A DNA stretch of 64,000 bases from a virus, in the IMG/VR virus record IMGVR_UViG_3300032156_000001, positions 1 to 64,000 of that record, one strand, 5' to 3'. The notes below the pieces were generated by a model that saw only the letters and a program-made list of their open reading frames with translations, was not told the origin of the DNA and ran no database searches. Shown piece after piece: positions 8,977 to 18,296 of this stretch (position 1 is the first letter of the stretch; each line of letters opens with the position of its first letter). The position numbers were made by a program, and so were the translations under genes.

Positions 8977-9033
8977 AGAGAGAGTTAACGCACAATTATA
9001 TGACCGTTAACTCTCTCTCTTACAGAGAGAGAG
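8963..9033. repeat. nested (CT)n/(AG)n inverted-repeat (cruciform) element, possible origin
   Basis: CTCTCTCTCT-TT-AGAGAGAGAG; 16-bp perfect IR AGAGAGAGAGTTAACG/CGTTAACTCTCTCTCT around a 14-nt AT-rich spacer; second hairpin CTCTCTCTCT-TAC-AGAGAGAGAG. Confidence 0.8.
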
Positions 9034-9051
9034 AGAGGGAGGAACAGCTTA

Positions 9052-10173
9052 ATGGGTTCCCCAGACCAAAGGAGGAGCACTAGCGTGTTGGCATTTGTCT
9101 CAGATACCCACTTGCGTTACTGCCTCTTCAAGTATCTTCCTGATCTTCACGGAGACAGCGTCGACAGCCTGCATTTCATCGTCGAGACGATACTGGCCCG
9201 GAAGGCCTCCGTGGTCCTGTTCGGCGGAGACGTCTTCGACGGCGGGAATCCGGATCCGGATGTAGTCCAGATCTTCCTCGACGAGATGCGCCTGCTTGAG
9301 ACTGCCGGGATCAAGTGTCTGTCTATCCAGGGGCAACATGACAAGCTCGGCGGGCAGCCCTGGTACAATCTGGACAGGCACGTCTGGGACCTGGCGGCCA
9401 TGACCGGCGACCTGACCGGCGGGAAACTTTCCAAGCCTTTGGAAACCCCGCCCTTCGTGGTCGCGGGCTTCAACGCCTGCGGCCCGAGCGAGTTAAGGAC
9501 GAGGTTGGAGGTCCTGGATCCTTCCGTCAACGTCCTGGTCCTCCATCAGACGCTGAAGGGCTCCATGCCGGAGATAGTCGGCAAGGAGAACTGGGATCTC
9601 GACCCCGCTTGGGTCAAGCCGTCGGTGCGGCTGGTCCTGCTGGGCCACGTCCACAAGCCCTACGAGGCCGTCGTCGGTCAGACCAAGTATGTCTACGGCG
9701 GCAGCACGGTGCTGTGCGCCATCGACGAGCCGCCGGCCAAGTCGTTCCTGCTCGTGCATGACGACTTCAAATTGGAACATGTCCCGATTCCGACCCGGCC
9801 GCTGCTGGCCGTCCGGGTGGAGGCGCCGGAACAGCTCGCGACGGTGGTGGACGCCGTCAAGGCGGCCGCGCCGGGGACGCTGGTGGTCGTGCGGTTCAGC
9901 CCCGCCGTGCCGGACGTTGAGGCGCGGCTGCGGGGGGCCAACGACAAGTGCGCGTTCACGTTCAGGCTGACCGTGCCGGAGGCCGCCGAGGCCCGGACGG
10001 TCCTCGCTTCCGCCGCCGCGTCCCTCGAGAGCTGCCTCGGCCAGCTCGTGGACAGGGCAAAGGAGCCGGAGCTGTACGGCCTGCTCCTGGCGGCGCTGAA
10101 CGCGCAGAACCCGAAGGAGGCATTGGCCGGGTTCAAGAAGCGGTTCCTGGAGCCGCAGAAGGAGGCCGTGTGA
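9052..10173 (+). CDS. sbcD: Mre11/SbcD-like metallophosphoesterase nuclease
   Basis: SDTHL, GGDVFD, GQHD, LHQ, LGHVH motifs; Rad50/SbcC nearby. Confidence 0.88.
   Translation: MGSPDQRRSTSVLAFVSDTHLRYCLFKYLPDLHGDSVDSLHFIVETILARKASVVLFGGDVFDGGNPDPDVVQIFLDEMRLLETAGIKCLSIQGQHDKLGGQPWYNLDRHVWDLAAMTGDLTGGKLSKPLETPPFVVAGFNACGPSELRTRLEVLDPSVNVLVLHQTLKGSMPEIVGKENWDLDPAWVKPSVRLVLLGHVHKPYEAVVGQTKYVYGGSTVLCAIDEPPAKSFLLVHDDFKLEHVPIPTRPLLAVRVEAPEQLATVVDAVKAAAPGTLVVVRFSPAVPDVEARLRGANDKCAFTFRLTVPEAAEARTVLASAAASLESCLGQLVDRAKEPELYGLLLAALNAQNPKEALAGFKKRFLEPQKEAV
9428..9445. promoter_or_regulatory. palindrome TTTCCAA-GCCT-TTGGAAA, intragenic copy
   Basis: Same arms as the intergenic copies, inside the sbcD-like CDS. 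Confidence 0.5.
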
Positions 10174-10565
10174 TCGTCGAGATCGAGGGGCGCCGGTACA
10201 GGATCTGGTGGAAGCACGTGACGTCCCCCGCGCCGACCGACTCTGTGTTCGGTCAATGCCGCGGATACACGCAGTGCTTCGTTGTTGACGAGGCGGACGT
10301 GAAACCCGGCGAGCGGCTTTGCGACACGACAGAGCGCGACAAGGTCGCCGCGGGGGCGGCCGTCTGTTCGATGCGGGAACGGAACTTCAGCAAGGAGACG
10401 GGCCGGCAGGTCAGCCTCGCGAGGGCGGTGAAGCGGCAGTGGCCGTACAGCAAGGAGATCAGGAGGGAGATATGGCTCGCTTACTTGCACAGGACCGTGA
10501 GCGCGACGGCGGCAAGCCTAAGCCCGGCGTCGTCGCAACCAAGACAGCCTACGGCTTCGTCGTAA
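10170..10565 (+). CDS. hypothetical phage protein
   Basis: GTG overlaps the upstream stop; FSKETGRQVSLARA motif. Confidence 0.6.
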   Translation: MIVEIEGRRYRIWWKHVTSPAPTDSVFGQCRGYTQCFVVDEADVKPGERLCDTTERDKVAAGAAVCSMRERNFSKETGRQVSLARAVKRQWPYSKEIRREIWLAYLHRTVSATAASLSPASSQPRQPTASS

Positions 10566-10871
10566 TCGACAGCGGCCAGAAGTTCGTCAGGACCGAGATC
10601 CTGCCGGGCGGGAAGACGCGCACGAAAGAGATCAAGATCGAGGGCGTGTCGCCGGAGACCCACCCGGCCCTCGCCGCTGCGTACGTGAAGGACGGTTGCT
10701 ACGACGTGGACATGCAGGCCGGCGTCTGCCGGTTTCACGGGAGGAAAACTGGGGCCCAGCTGGCGCGTCTGCTGCGGAGCGCCGGCCTTGGCGGCGAGGC
10801 GAAGGGCCTGCTGAGGCACGCCCGCGCGGCGAAGGCCGGCTGCGCGCCGCACTTCTACTGACGGAGGGCGC

Positions 10872-11186
10872 ATGGACATTGAGGAGATCTCCGACGAGGA
10901 AGTGTCGTCGGTAAGGCAGTACGAGTGTGTGCTGGGCCTGCGTCTCGGTGAGCTGTGGGCCGTCACGGTCCGCGTGACGGTGCCGCACACCCGGCTCTGC
11001 GGCCAGGACGCGGACAGCCTGGACGAGTTCTACTACGAGGAGGACGTCGAGTTCGACGACGATGAGGACGACGAGCTGACGCCGGACCAGAAGCGGGTGG
11101 CGCTCAAGATGATCTGCCGGCACATGAACGCGGCCGGCATCGACTGCCGGAAGAAGCCGAAGACGCGCCGGCGGAAAGGAAGCTGA
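10872..11186 (+). CDS. acidic hypothetical protein
   Basis: SD GGAGG, 104 aa. Confidence 0.6.
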   Translation: MDIEEISDEEVSSVRQYECVLGLRLGELWAVTVRVTVPHTRLCGQDADSLDEFYYEEDVEFDDDEDDELTPDQKRVALKMICRHMNAAGIDCRKKPKTRRRKGS

Positions 11187-11578
11187 TGAGCGATCGATGC
11201 TACATGGAGGTGAACTGCCGGGCTCGGGACGCCAAGAGATTCGAGGAGCTGGGATTCCACGAGGCGGACTCGAAGGCTGGCATCTGCAACATGTGCGACG
11301 AGGAAGCGGATCGCGCCCATTGCGGCGACATGCCGGAGGACATTCCCTACTACGGCAGCAGCGGCGAAGGAGACAGCTACGGGCGAAACGTGTTCGCCTG
11401 CGACGGAAAGACGTGGTGCGAGGTGGACTGTGTGCACAGTGGCGATGTATGCGTGCGGGTGGACGCCCAAGGCGGCGTGTCCGCTCGCGACCTCAAGGAC
11501 GTTAAGGAATACCTGAAAGTGCTGGCTGCGGCCAAGAAGGCGATGGGCATGAAGAAGAACTTCCGCTGGAGCAGCTAG
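11186..11578 (+). CDS. hypothetical protein
   Basis: Translationally coupled (TGATG). Confidence 0.6.
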   Translation: MSDRCYMEVNCRARDAKRFEELGFHEADSKAGICNMCDEEADRAHCGDMPEDIPYYGSSGEGDSYGRNVFACDGKTWCEVDCVHSGDVCVRVDAQGGVSARDLKDVKEYLKVLAAAKKAMGMKKNFRWSS

Positions 11579-11633
11579 GCTTGGAGCTTCCCTGGCGGAA
11601 GCCGAAGCCCTGCGCTTAGGGATGGGAGGACGG

Positions 11634-13739
11634 ATGTACGTCGAGAAGGTGACGCTCAACAACTTCTGCCAGCACGAGAAGCTGGAGGCGACGTTCGGGC
11701 CCGGGGTCATCGGAATCATCGGGCCCAACGGCGCCGGCAAGTCCAACCTGATCCACGGGCTGCTGTTCGGCTTTACCGGCTACACGAACGGCAAGAAGGC
11801 CGACGAGATCGCGCACGGCGCCGACGACGGCACCGCCGAGGTCGAGTTCATGGCCGGCGGGACGAAGGGCGTCATCAAGCGGGCGCTCAAGACCTCCCGC
11901 TGCCTGCTGAGGATCGGCGAGGCCAGGTTCGGGAGCGCCACCGAGGTCGACAGGGCCATGGAGCCGGTCATCGGCGACGCGGCCGTCCTGATGAACCTCA
12001 TCTTCGCGCGGCAGGGCGCCATAGAGGGCGTCCTGTTCCTGCGCCCCTCCGACAGGGCCAGGCAGTTCCAGGCCCTGTTCGGCACGCAGAACGCCGAGCT
12101 GATCCGGCAGCTGTTCTACGATGAGCTGAGCGCGATACCGGCGGCGCCGAACGAGGCGGTCATCAAGGAGCTGGAGGACGACAAGGCGAACGTGGCGGCC
12201 AGCCTCCTGGAGAAGGAGCGCGAGCTGCCCGCCGCCGCGGCCGGCAGGCTGGGCGCCGACGAGCAGGCGTCGTTCAACCGCGTCATACGCGCCCACGACG
12301 AGCAGGCGGCCAACGAGGCTGCCTATGCCGCCGCTAAGCTGGAGCGCGACACATTGGGAGCGCGGCTTCGCGAGACCCGGCACTTGGCAAAGGAATATGG
12401 CGACACGGTCGACAGCATCAATGCGGCGATAGCCTCGCTCCAGCCCGTGGCGGAGCGCGCGTCGGCGGAACTGGCCGCCGCGGGCGCCGCGGTCGAGCAC
12501 AACGCCAGGCTGGCCGGGCTGCGGGCCGACAAGGCGCGCTGGGACGAGGTGCGCAGGGCGCCGGAGCCCGTCTGCCCCGGCGCCCTGAACAACGTCCCGA
12601 TGCTGAAAGCCAAGCTCGAGATAGCGCGCGTGGAGTGCGTGACCAGCCGGCGGGTAGTGGAGGCCGGGAAGCAGCACAAGGGCGGCAAGTGCCCGACCTG
12701 CAACCAGCCGCTGACCGCCGAGCATGTGGCCGAGCACGCCGCGCGCAGGGCGAAATGGGAGCCCGAACTGGTTCAGCTGGAGAGCATCGTCGCCGGATAC
12801 GAGGCCCTGGCCGTCGAGCACGCCGCGGACAAGCAGACGTGGGACGCGGGACAGCGGACCGCCGGGACGGAACTGGCGCGCATCGAGAAGGCGCTGCAGG
12901 ACGCCGGGCCGGACAGGCCGGTGCCCAGCGGCGCGCGCAAGGCCGAGATGGAGAAGCTGGTCGGCGATTACGGTCTGAACAAAACCCGGCTGCATGCGGC
13001 ATCCACGAACCTGGCTGCTGCACAGGCGACAGCTACCCAACTGCAGCTTGGATGGGACGCGGTCGTCAAGCGCGTCGAGGACTGCGAGCAGCGGCTGCCG
13101 AAGCGCCCGGTCACGAAGGACGAACGCGACGTGGCCGCGAAGCTGATCGAGGGCCACACGGAGGCCATGATGAGGTTCGCCACGGTGAGCGCCCAGATGC
13201 AGTCGCTCACCGAGCGGCAGGCGGAGCTGGGCCGCCGCATAGAGGCCGCGAAGGCCCTGGCCGGCCGGTACGAGCGGCTGAAGGCGTGGCGGCAGCTGCT
13301 GGAGCGCGGCAGGCTCATCCTGCACCGCGACCAGCTGCCGAACCTGGTGGCGCGGTCGTACCTGGTCGCGCTGAATGCCCAACTGGCCCGGTATCTGGAG
13401 ATGTTCGACTCGCCGTTCGGGGCCAGGGTCCTGGACGACCTGTCGATCGAATGCCGGTTCGTCGACAAGCTCATGCCGGCGGAGCGGCTCAGCGGCGGCG
13501 AGAAGGTGGTCCTCGGGATCGCCTTCAGGTTCGTCGTCTACGCCCTGTTCGCGTCGGACCTCGGCATGCTAGTCCTGGACGAGCCGACCGTGTTTCTCGA
13601 CGACGGCAGGATAGACAGCCTGTGCGCGGTCCTGGAAAAGGTGAGGGGATACTCGCGCCAGGCCGGCCTTCAGGTTATCCTTATCACGCACGAGGATCGC
13701 CTGGCGGCGGTCTGCGACCGCGTGATTCGGCTGGGATAG
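11634..13739 (+). CDS. sbcC: Rad50/SbcC-like SMC ATPase
   Basis: GPNGAGKS Walker A, coiled coil with CPTC zinc hook, LSGGE signature, VLDEPT Walker B, ITHE. Confidence 0.92.
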   Translation: MYVEKVTLNNFCQHEKLEATFGPGVIGIIGPNGAGKSNLIHGLLFGFTGYTNGKKADEIAHGADDGTAEVEFMAGGTKGVIKRALKTSRCLLRIGEARFGSATEVDRAMEPVIGDAAVLMNLIFARQGAIEGVLFLRPSDRARQFQALFGTQNAELIRQLFYDELSAIPAAPNEAVIKELEDDKANVAASLLEKERELPAAAAGRLGADEQASFNRVIRAHDEQAANEAAYAAAKLERDTLGARLRETRHLAKEYGDTVDSINAAIASLQPVAERASAELAAAGAAVEHNARLAGLRADKARWDEVRRAPEPVCPGALNNVPMLKAKLEIARVECVTSRRVVEAGKQHKGGKCPTCNQPLTAEHVAEHAARRAKWEPELVQLESIVAGYEALAVEHAADKQTWDAGQRTAGTELARIEKALQDAGPDRPVPSGARKAEMEKLVGDYGLNKTRLHAASTNLAAAQATATQLQLGWDAVVKRVEDCEQRLPKRPVTKDERDVAAKLIEGHTEAMMRFATVSAQMQSLTERQAELGRRIEAAKALAGRYERLKAWRQLLERGRLILHRDQLPNLVARSYLVALNAQLARYLEMFDSPFGARVLDDLSIECRFVDKLMPAERLSGGEKVVLGIAFRFVVYALFASDLGMLVLDEPTVFLDDGRIDSLCAVLEKVRGYSRQAGLQVILITHEDRLAAVCDRVIRLG

Positions 13740-13768
13740 GAGAATCGATGGCGAAAAGGAGAGGATCG

Positions 13769-14098
13769 ATGAGAACGAAGCTGTGCTTGGCCGCGTCCGC
13801 GGCGCTTCTCTGCCTGTGCGGATGCGACTCGTGGGTGTCGGGCGCGGGCGTGGTCTATACCATGCCCGACGATGAGGGCAGCGTGTCGGCGAACGTCCAG
13901 TTCGGCCACGTGACCAAGGTCCTCACTATCTCGGCTGAGGCGCTGGCGGAGGCCCCCGTGGCGACGTCGCAAAAGCCGGCCCCCGGGTCGAAGGCGATCA
14001 ATACCAAGGAACTCGCCGAGAAGGCGGTCGCCGCCGCGAAGACCAGGCGGATGAAGAAGATGGCGGCCCCCGCTCCGGCGACTGACCCGGCCAAGTGA
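13769..14098 (+). CDS. putative lipoprotein
   Basis: Basic N-terminus, hydrophobic stretch, LCGC lipobox-like motif. Confidence 0.5.
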   Translation: MRTKLCLAASAALLCLCGCDSWVSGAGVVYTMPDDEGSVSANVQFGHVTKVLTISAEALAEAPVATSQKPAPGSKAINTKELAEKAVAAAKTRRMKKMAAPAPATDPAK

Positions 14099-14108
14099 GC
14101 GCCGACCA

Positions 14109-14555
14109 TTGGAAGTCGTAGCCAGGCTGCGGTTCGTGACGGCATGCCTCGGCGGCGTCCGCAAGGAAGAAAAGGACCTGATGCTCCGGGATCCCGGGGG
14201 TCAGGTCATTTTTCTCCAAAGCTGGTGGACAGCCTCCTTCCGGCAGGCCGCCCAGGGCCTCAACCGGCATTTCAGGGAGGCGCCGAGGATACTCGCAGTG
14301 CCGACGGTCGATGGGCCGCTCGGCACGTTCAGAAGGCACTACTCGAAGGACGGATTCAAGGACCACGAGGCGTACCCGCCTAACGCGCAAGTGACCGTGC
14401 GGTTCTGCCTGCCCGTCAGCCTGTCGGTCGCCGACTTCGCGGCGCTGCTCAATTTCGTGGGCGACTACGTCGGCATCAGCCCGTACGGGCACCGCGACGG
14501 GTTCGGCCGCTTCAAGGTGGAGTCGGTCGAATCGGCGGCAAAGAGCGGAGGATAA
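14109..14555 (+). CDS. standalone RAMP-superfamily (Cas7/Csm3-like) protein
   Basis: N-terminal LRFVTACLGG strand, RDPGGQVIFLQSWWTASFRQAA helix, HEAYPPNAQVTVRF, C-terminal G-rich loop VGDYVGISPYGHRDGFGRFKV; TTG start. Confidence 0.68.
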   Translation: MEVVARLRFVTACLGGVRKEEKDLMLRDPGGQVIFLQSWWTASFRQAAQGLNRHFREAPRILAVPTVDGPLGTFRRHYSKDGFKDHEAYPPNAQVTVRFCLPVSLSVADFAALLNFVGDYVGISPYGHRDGFGRFKVESVESAAKSGG

Positions 14556-14567
14556 CCGGAGATTGAG

Positions 14568-14783
14568 ATGAATTATCAGATGAGAATCTTGAAGGCCTCT
14601 CGGCAGCTGTTGCGCGCCGAGTGGCGCGGGGAGGTGTTCCCTGTGGAAGTGCGGCACGATGATGAGTGCGCGGCCCTGAAGGGGGGCGAGTGCAACTACA
14701 ACCCGGACATCGTAATGAAGACCCCTACCGGGACATTCGAGGTCGATCGGAACGGGTGCGCTCATCTTGTTCCTGCGAACTGA
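14568..14783 (+). CDS. hypothetical protein
   Basis: 71-aa ORF. Confidence 0.55.
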   Translation: MNYQMRILKASRQLLRAEWRGEVFPVEVRHDDECAALKGGECNYNPDIVMKTPTGTFEVDRNGCAHLVPAN

Positions 14784-14798
14784 AGAGAGAGGGAAAGA

Positions 14799-16238
14799 AT
14801 GCAAGTCACCCTGACCCGGATCGGGAATCTCGTTATCGTGGAGCCGCCGTGCTCCGACCTGCTGGAGCGCCATCTCGTGTTCCAGAAGCGCATCCAGCAG
14901 GGCGGCAGCGCCCGCGACGTGGCGTGGCAGACCGTGTGCCTGTACCGCATAGAGGGGAACCGGCTGTTCGCGCCGGCGGGCCTCACGAGGCGGCTCTACG
15001 ACGTCCTGAAAGAGGCCGGCCACGACATCAAGTTCGTGGATCAGCGCGAGCGCAACCTGCCCGACCCGGACCTGACCCTGCTCGATCCGTTGCGGGAGGG
15101 CCAGGACGAGGTGATCGCGGCCATCGTGGCGTTCGACCGCGGCATCATTGAAGCCCCGACCGCGTTCGGAAAATCATTTCTTCTTCGACAGATATGCAAG
15201 ATCTGGCCGACGGCCAACGTCATCATCTGCTCGCCGTTCCGCGGCATCCTGGTGGACACCATGGCGGCGCTGCGCGAGCTGTTCCCGCCCAGCCAGATCG
15301 GGCTGTGCGGACTGGGCCATCAGGAGGCCGACCGGCGGATCACGGTGACGACCGACAGAAGCCTGCGCGCCTGCGACCTGGCGAGATGCCAGGTCTTCAT
15401 CTTCGACGAGGTCCACCGGGCGGCCGCGCCGTGCACCGCGGAGGCCATCGCGCAGATAGCCAATGCGCGCATGTACGGCTTCTCGGCCTCGCCGTACGGC
15501 CGCAGCGACCAGGCGGACCTGGAGACCGAGGCCATGTTCGGCCCGTCCATCTGCAAGATGGGCTACGCCGACGCGGAGAAGTCCGGCAGCGTCGTGCCGG
15601 TGCGGGTGTTCCTGCTGGACTGCTCGCCGGTGGCGGACCCCGGCGTCACGAGCGACAACACGACGGTCCTGGAGCGCTGGGCGCTGTGGCGCAACAAGGA
15701 CCGCAACAACCTCATCATGCGCGCCGTGAAGCACGCCTACGCCGCGTACGGCCCCGACACGCAGATCCTGATAGCGACGGCCAAGGTGGAGCACTCGGTC
15801 CATCTGTTTAAGGCCGCCGTGGATGCCGGCTACCCCGACTTCCAGCTGGTGTACGGCAGCATGGACCTCGAGAAGCGCGACGCCTGGGTCCACCAGAAGC
15901 TGATCCCCGAAGGCGTCCATCCGCTGGCCTCCCACATGCGCGATCAGCTGCAGTTCATGTTCAGGGACAGGAAGATCCTGCGGGCCATCGCGACGGGCGT
16001 GTGGGGCACGGGCGTCAACTTCCCGGGCCTGAACGTGCTGATCCGCGCGGACGGCCAGAGCGGGGATATCGCCAGCACGCAAATACCCGGCCGCGTGACG
16101 CGGACGGCGGAAGGCAAGGACGTCGGCATAGTGGTCGACCTGGACGACAGGTTCAACAGGAGCCTGCTGCGGCGCGCGCAGCAGCGGGTGCGCGTCTACA
16201 GGAAGAAGGGCTGGGAGATCGTGCCGTTGACGTTGTGA
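14799..16238 (+). CDS. superfamily 2 DNA helicase (UvsW/XPB-like)
   Basis: APTAFGKS, DEVH, SAS motif III, QIPGRVTR motif VI. Confidence 0.88.
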   Translation: MQVTLTRIGNLVIVEPPCSDLLERHLVFQKRIQQGGSARDVAWQTVCLYRIEGNRLFAPAGLTRRLYDVLKEAGHDIKFVDQRERNLPDPDLTLLDPLREGQDEVIAAIVAFDRGIIEAPTAFGKSFLLRQICKIWPTANVIICSPFRGILVDTMAALRELFPPSQIGLCGLGHQEADRRITVTTDRSLRACDLARCQVFIFDEVHRAAAPCTAEAIAQIANARMYGFSASPYGRSDQADLETEAMFGPSICKMGYADAEKSGSVVPVRVFLLDCSPVADPGVTSDNTTVLERWALWRNKDRNNLIMRAVKHAYAAYGPDTQILIATAKVEHSVHLFKAAVDAGYPDFQLVYGSMDLEKRDAWVHQKLIPEGVHPLASHMRDQLQFMFRDRKILRAIATGVWGTGVNFPGLNVLIRADGQSGDIASTQIPGRVTRTAEGKDVGIVVDLDDRFNRSLLRRAQQRVRVYRKKGWEIVPLTL

Positions 16239-16256
16239 GGACGAGGAGGAGCAGGC

Positions 16257-16823
16257 ATGGTGCCCGCCAGCCCGATGGATGTTGAGGAGTGCGCGCTGGC
16301 GCTCATCAAGGCCTACGACCAGCTGCGCAGGCGTATCGACCCGACGTTCACGTCGGCCAGCCGCCAGTACAGGACGTTCGAGACCGCGGCGGAGCGGTTG
16401 CTGGCCGGCGGCGGTGGCGACCCCTACGAATACGTCGGCTATGTGTTCCAGTGCTTCACCGGCAGGATACCGCATTGCGGCTATCTGGCATCGGTGAAGT
16501 TCATCGGCGCGTTCGTGAACGACAGGCCCGTGAGACTGAAGGAGCTGAAGCTGTTCGTGGAGCTGCAGCTGGACGACGTGAAGTTCAGGATGGGCCACGG
16601 TGAGAATCTCGAGAAAATCCTTACGGACCCGTTCGCCGGGTTCTCCCCCGTGTTGTGCTGGGCGATGGCGACCACCGCTATGGATGGTGCCCTCGCGAAA
16701 AGGTTCGAGAAGGAGGCGATGGTGCAGCTAAAGTTCGAGCCCGCTTACGGCGAACTGCTTAAGGGATGGCTTCCCCAGGACGCGGTCGAGCGGGCGCGCG
16801 CGGGCGGCGTGGAGAGAGGATAG
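16257..16823 (+). CDS. hypothetical protein upstream of the replicative helicase
   Basis: 188-aa ORF, SD AGGAGGAG. Confidence 0.7.
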   Translation: MVPASPMDVEECALALIKAYDQLRRRIDPTFTSASRQYRTFETAAERLLAGGGGDPYEYVGYVFQCFTGRIPHCGYLASVKFIGAFVNDRPVRLKELKLFVELQLDDVKFRMGHGENLEKILTDPFAGFSPVLCWAMATTAMDGALAKRFEKEAMVQLKFEPAYGELLKGWLPQDAVERARAGGVERG

Positions 16824-18296
16824 ATGGCGAGAGAAAGCCTGCTGCGCGACCTGACCGAGGTCGAGCTCGACTACATGGTCGCGCACATCCTCCGCTGCGC
16901 CGACGTCGCCAGGGAGGCCGCCAAGCGGCTGAGCCCGGACCTATTCGACGACGCGGCGCAACTGAGGCAGAAGCTGCTGTACTCCATCTTCCAGGAGTTC
17001 TGGGCACGGAACGGCAGCCTGCCGGACGGCGATTACATGCTGGTTCAGGTCAGCAAGAGGTCGGCGGACTCGTTGGTGACGGACGCGTTCACCCTGCGGC
17101 CGATCTACGACCTGATAACGAAGATCTACACTTGGAAGGACGGGGCCCTCCGCCCGGCGGAGGCGATCGACCTCATCAACCACTTCATCATGTACAGGAC
17201 CGTCGGCAAGAGGCTGACCCAGGCGGTCTCGCAGAGATTCCTCACCGACGAGCAGTGGGCGGAGCTGACTGCCGCGCGCGCCTCGCTGATTCCGCATGAG
17301 GCGCAGCTGGTGGACCCGTTCAAGACGCCGTGCGTCGGCAACGAGCCGCGCCGGCGCACCGGCATAACGTGGCTGGACGCGATGATGGGCGGCGGCTTCC
17401 TGCTCGGCGAGGCCTGCGGCTTCCTGGCGCCGACGGGCGGCGGCAAGACCACGATAGGTCACCAGATCACCGTCGAGGGCGCTAAGCACGGCAACAATGT
17501 CCTGTTCGTGACGTACGAGGCGTCGTGCACCGGCGTCTACAGCGGGACCTTCTTCGCGCCCGTGTACGCCTGCGCGACCCGCATCAGCCGCAACGTGTTC
17601 GTGGGCATACCCGCCGGCGGCGACTACGCCAAGGCCCTGTCGGCCGACCAGCTGGAGCGGTTCGAGGCGGCGCGGAAGCTCCTCCAGGAGCACGTCAAGT
17701 ACGCCGACCTGTCGACCGGTGCCGGCGCGTCCGGCGACTGCGTCGCCGAGCTGGAGCAGCTGATCCAGCAGTGCGAGACGGGCGGCATGCGCGCCGACAT
17801 CGTCATCGTCGACTGGTTCTGGAAGATGATCGAGCGCGGCTACGCGGCGCTGAAGCTGGAGTACGGCAAGCGGCTGGAGCCGCGCCAGTACGCCGGCGGG
17901 GTCCTGAACGACCTGAAGCGGCTGGCCCAGCGCCGGCGCTGCTTCCTGTGGATCAATCACCAGCTCGCGGCCGCCGTGGCCGAGGCCAACAAGTCCAAGC
18001 TGGCCGTGGAAAGCGCGATGGAGATCAAGAGCTTCCCGCAGACGCTGGACATGTGCTTCACGCTCACGAAGCCCAACGAGGGCTATGCCACGATATCGGC
18101 CGGCAAGGTGCGTTCCAACCGCATGTCCACCAGGGTGGTGAAGCTGGAGGGCGAATACTCCACGTTCATTTCGGCCGACACCTTCGTGCGCGGGAAGGAC
18201 GGGAAGTACGCCGACTCGCTGGACCAGGGGAAGGTCCCCGGCGCGACCAGCAAGGCCAGGGAGGCGCATGGCGTGTTCTATGCGGATAGCCGATGA
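16824..18296 (+). CDS. dnaB: DnaB-like replicative helicase
   Basis: LAPTGGGKTT Walker A, TYE, IVIVDW, WINHQL motifs; adjacent to primase. Confidence 0.82.
   Translation: MARESLLRDLTEVELDYMVAHILRCADVAREAAKRLSPDLFDDAAQLRQKLLYSIFQEFWARNGSLPDGDYMLVQVSKRSADSLVTDAFTLRPIYDLITKIYTWKDGALRPAEAIDLINHFIMYRTVGKRLTQAVSQRFLTDEQWAELTAARASLIPHEAQLVDPFKTPCVGNEPRRRTGITWLDAMMGGGFLLGEACGFLAPTGGGKTTIGHQITVEGAKHGNNVLFVTYEASCTGVYSGTFFAPVYACATRISRNVFVGIPAGGDYAKALSADQLERFEAARKLLQEHVKYADLSTGAGASGDCVAELEQLIQQCETGGMRADIVIVDWFWKMIERGYAALKLEYGKRLEPRQYAGGVLNDLKRLAQRRRCFLWINHQLAAAVAEANKSKLAVESAMEIKSFPQTLDMCFTLTKPNEGYATISAGKVRSNRMSTRVVKLEGEYSTFISADTFVRGKDGKYADSLDQGKVPGATSKAREAHGVFYADSR

Noticed and set aside
11581-11622. 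IS200/IS605-like end (GAAGCC...CTTAGGG)
   Set aside because: Weak resemblance only; no tnpA/tnpB or second end in the window.
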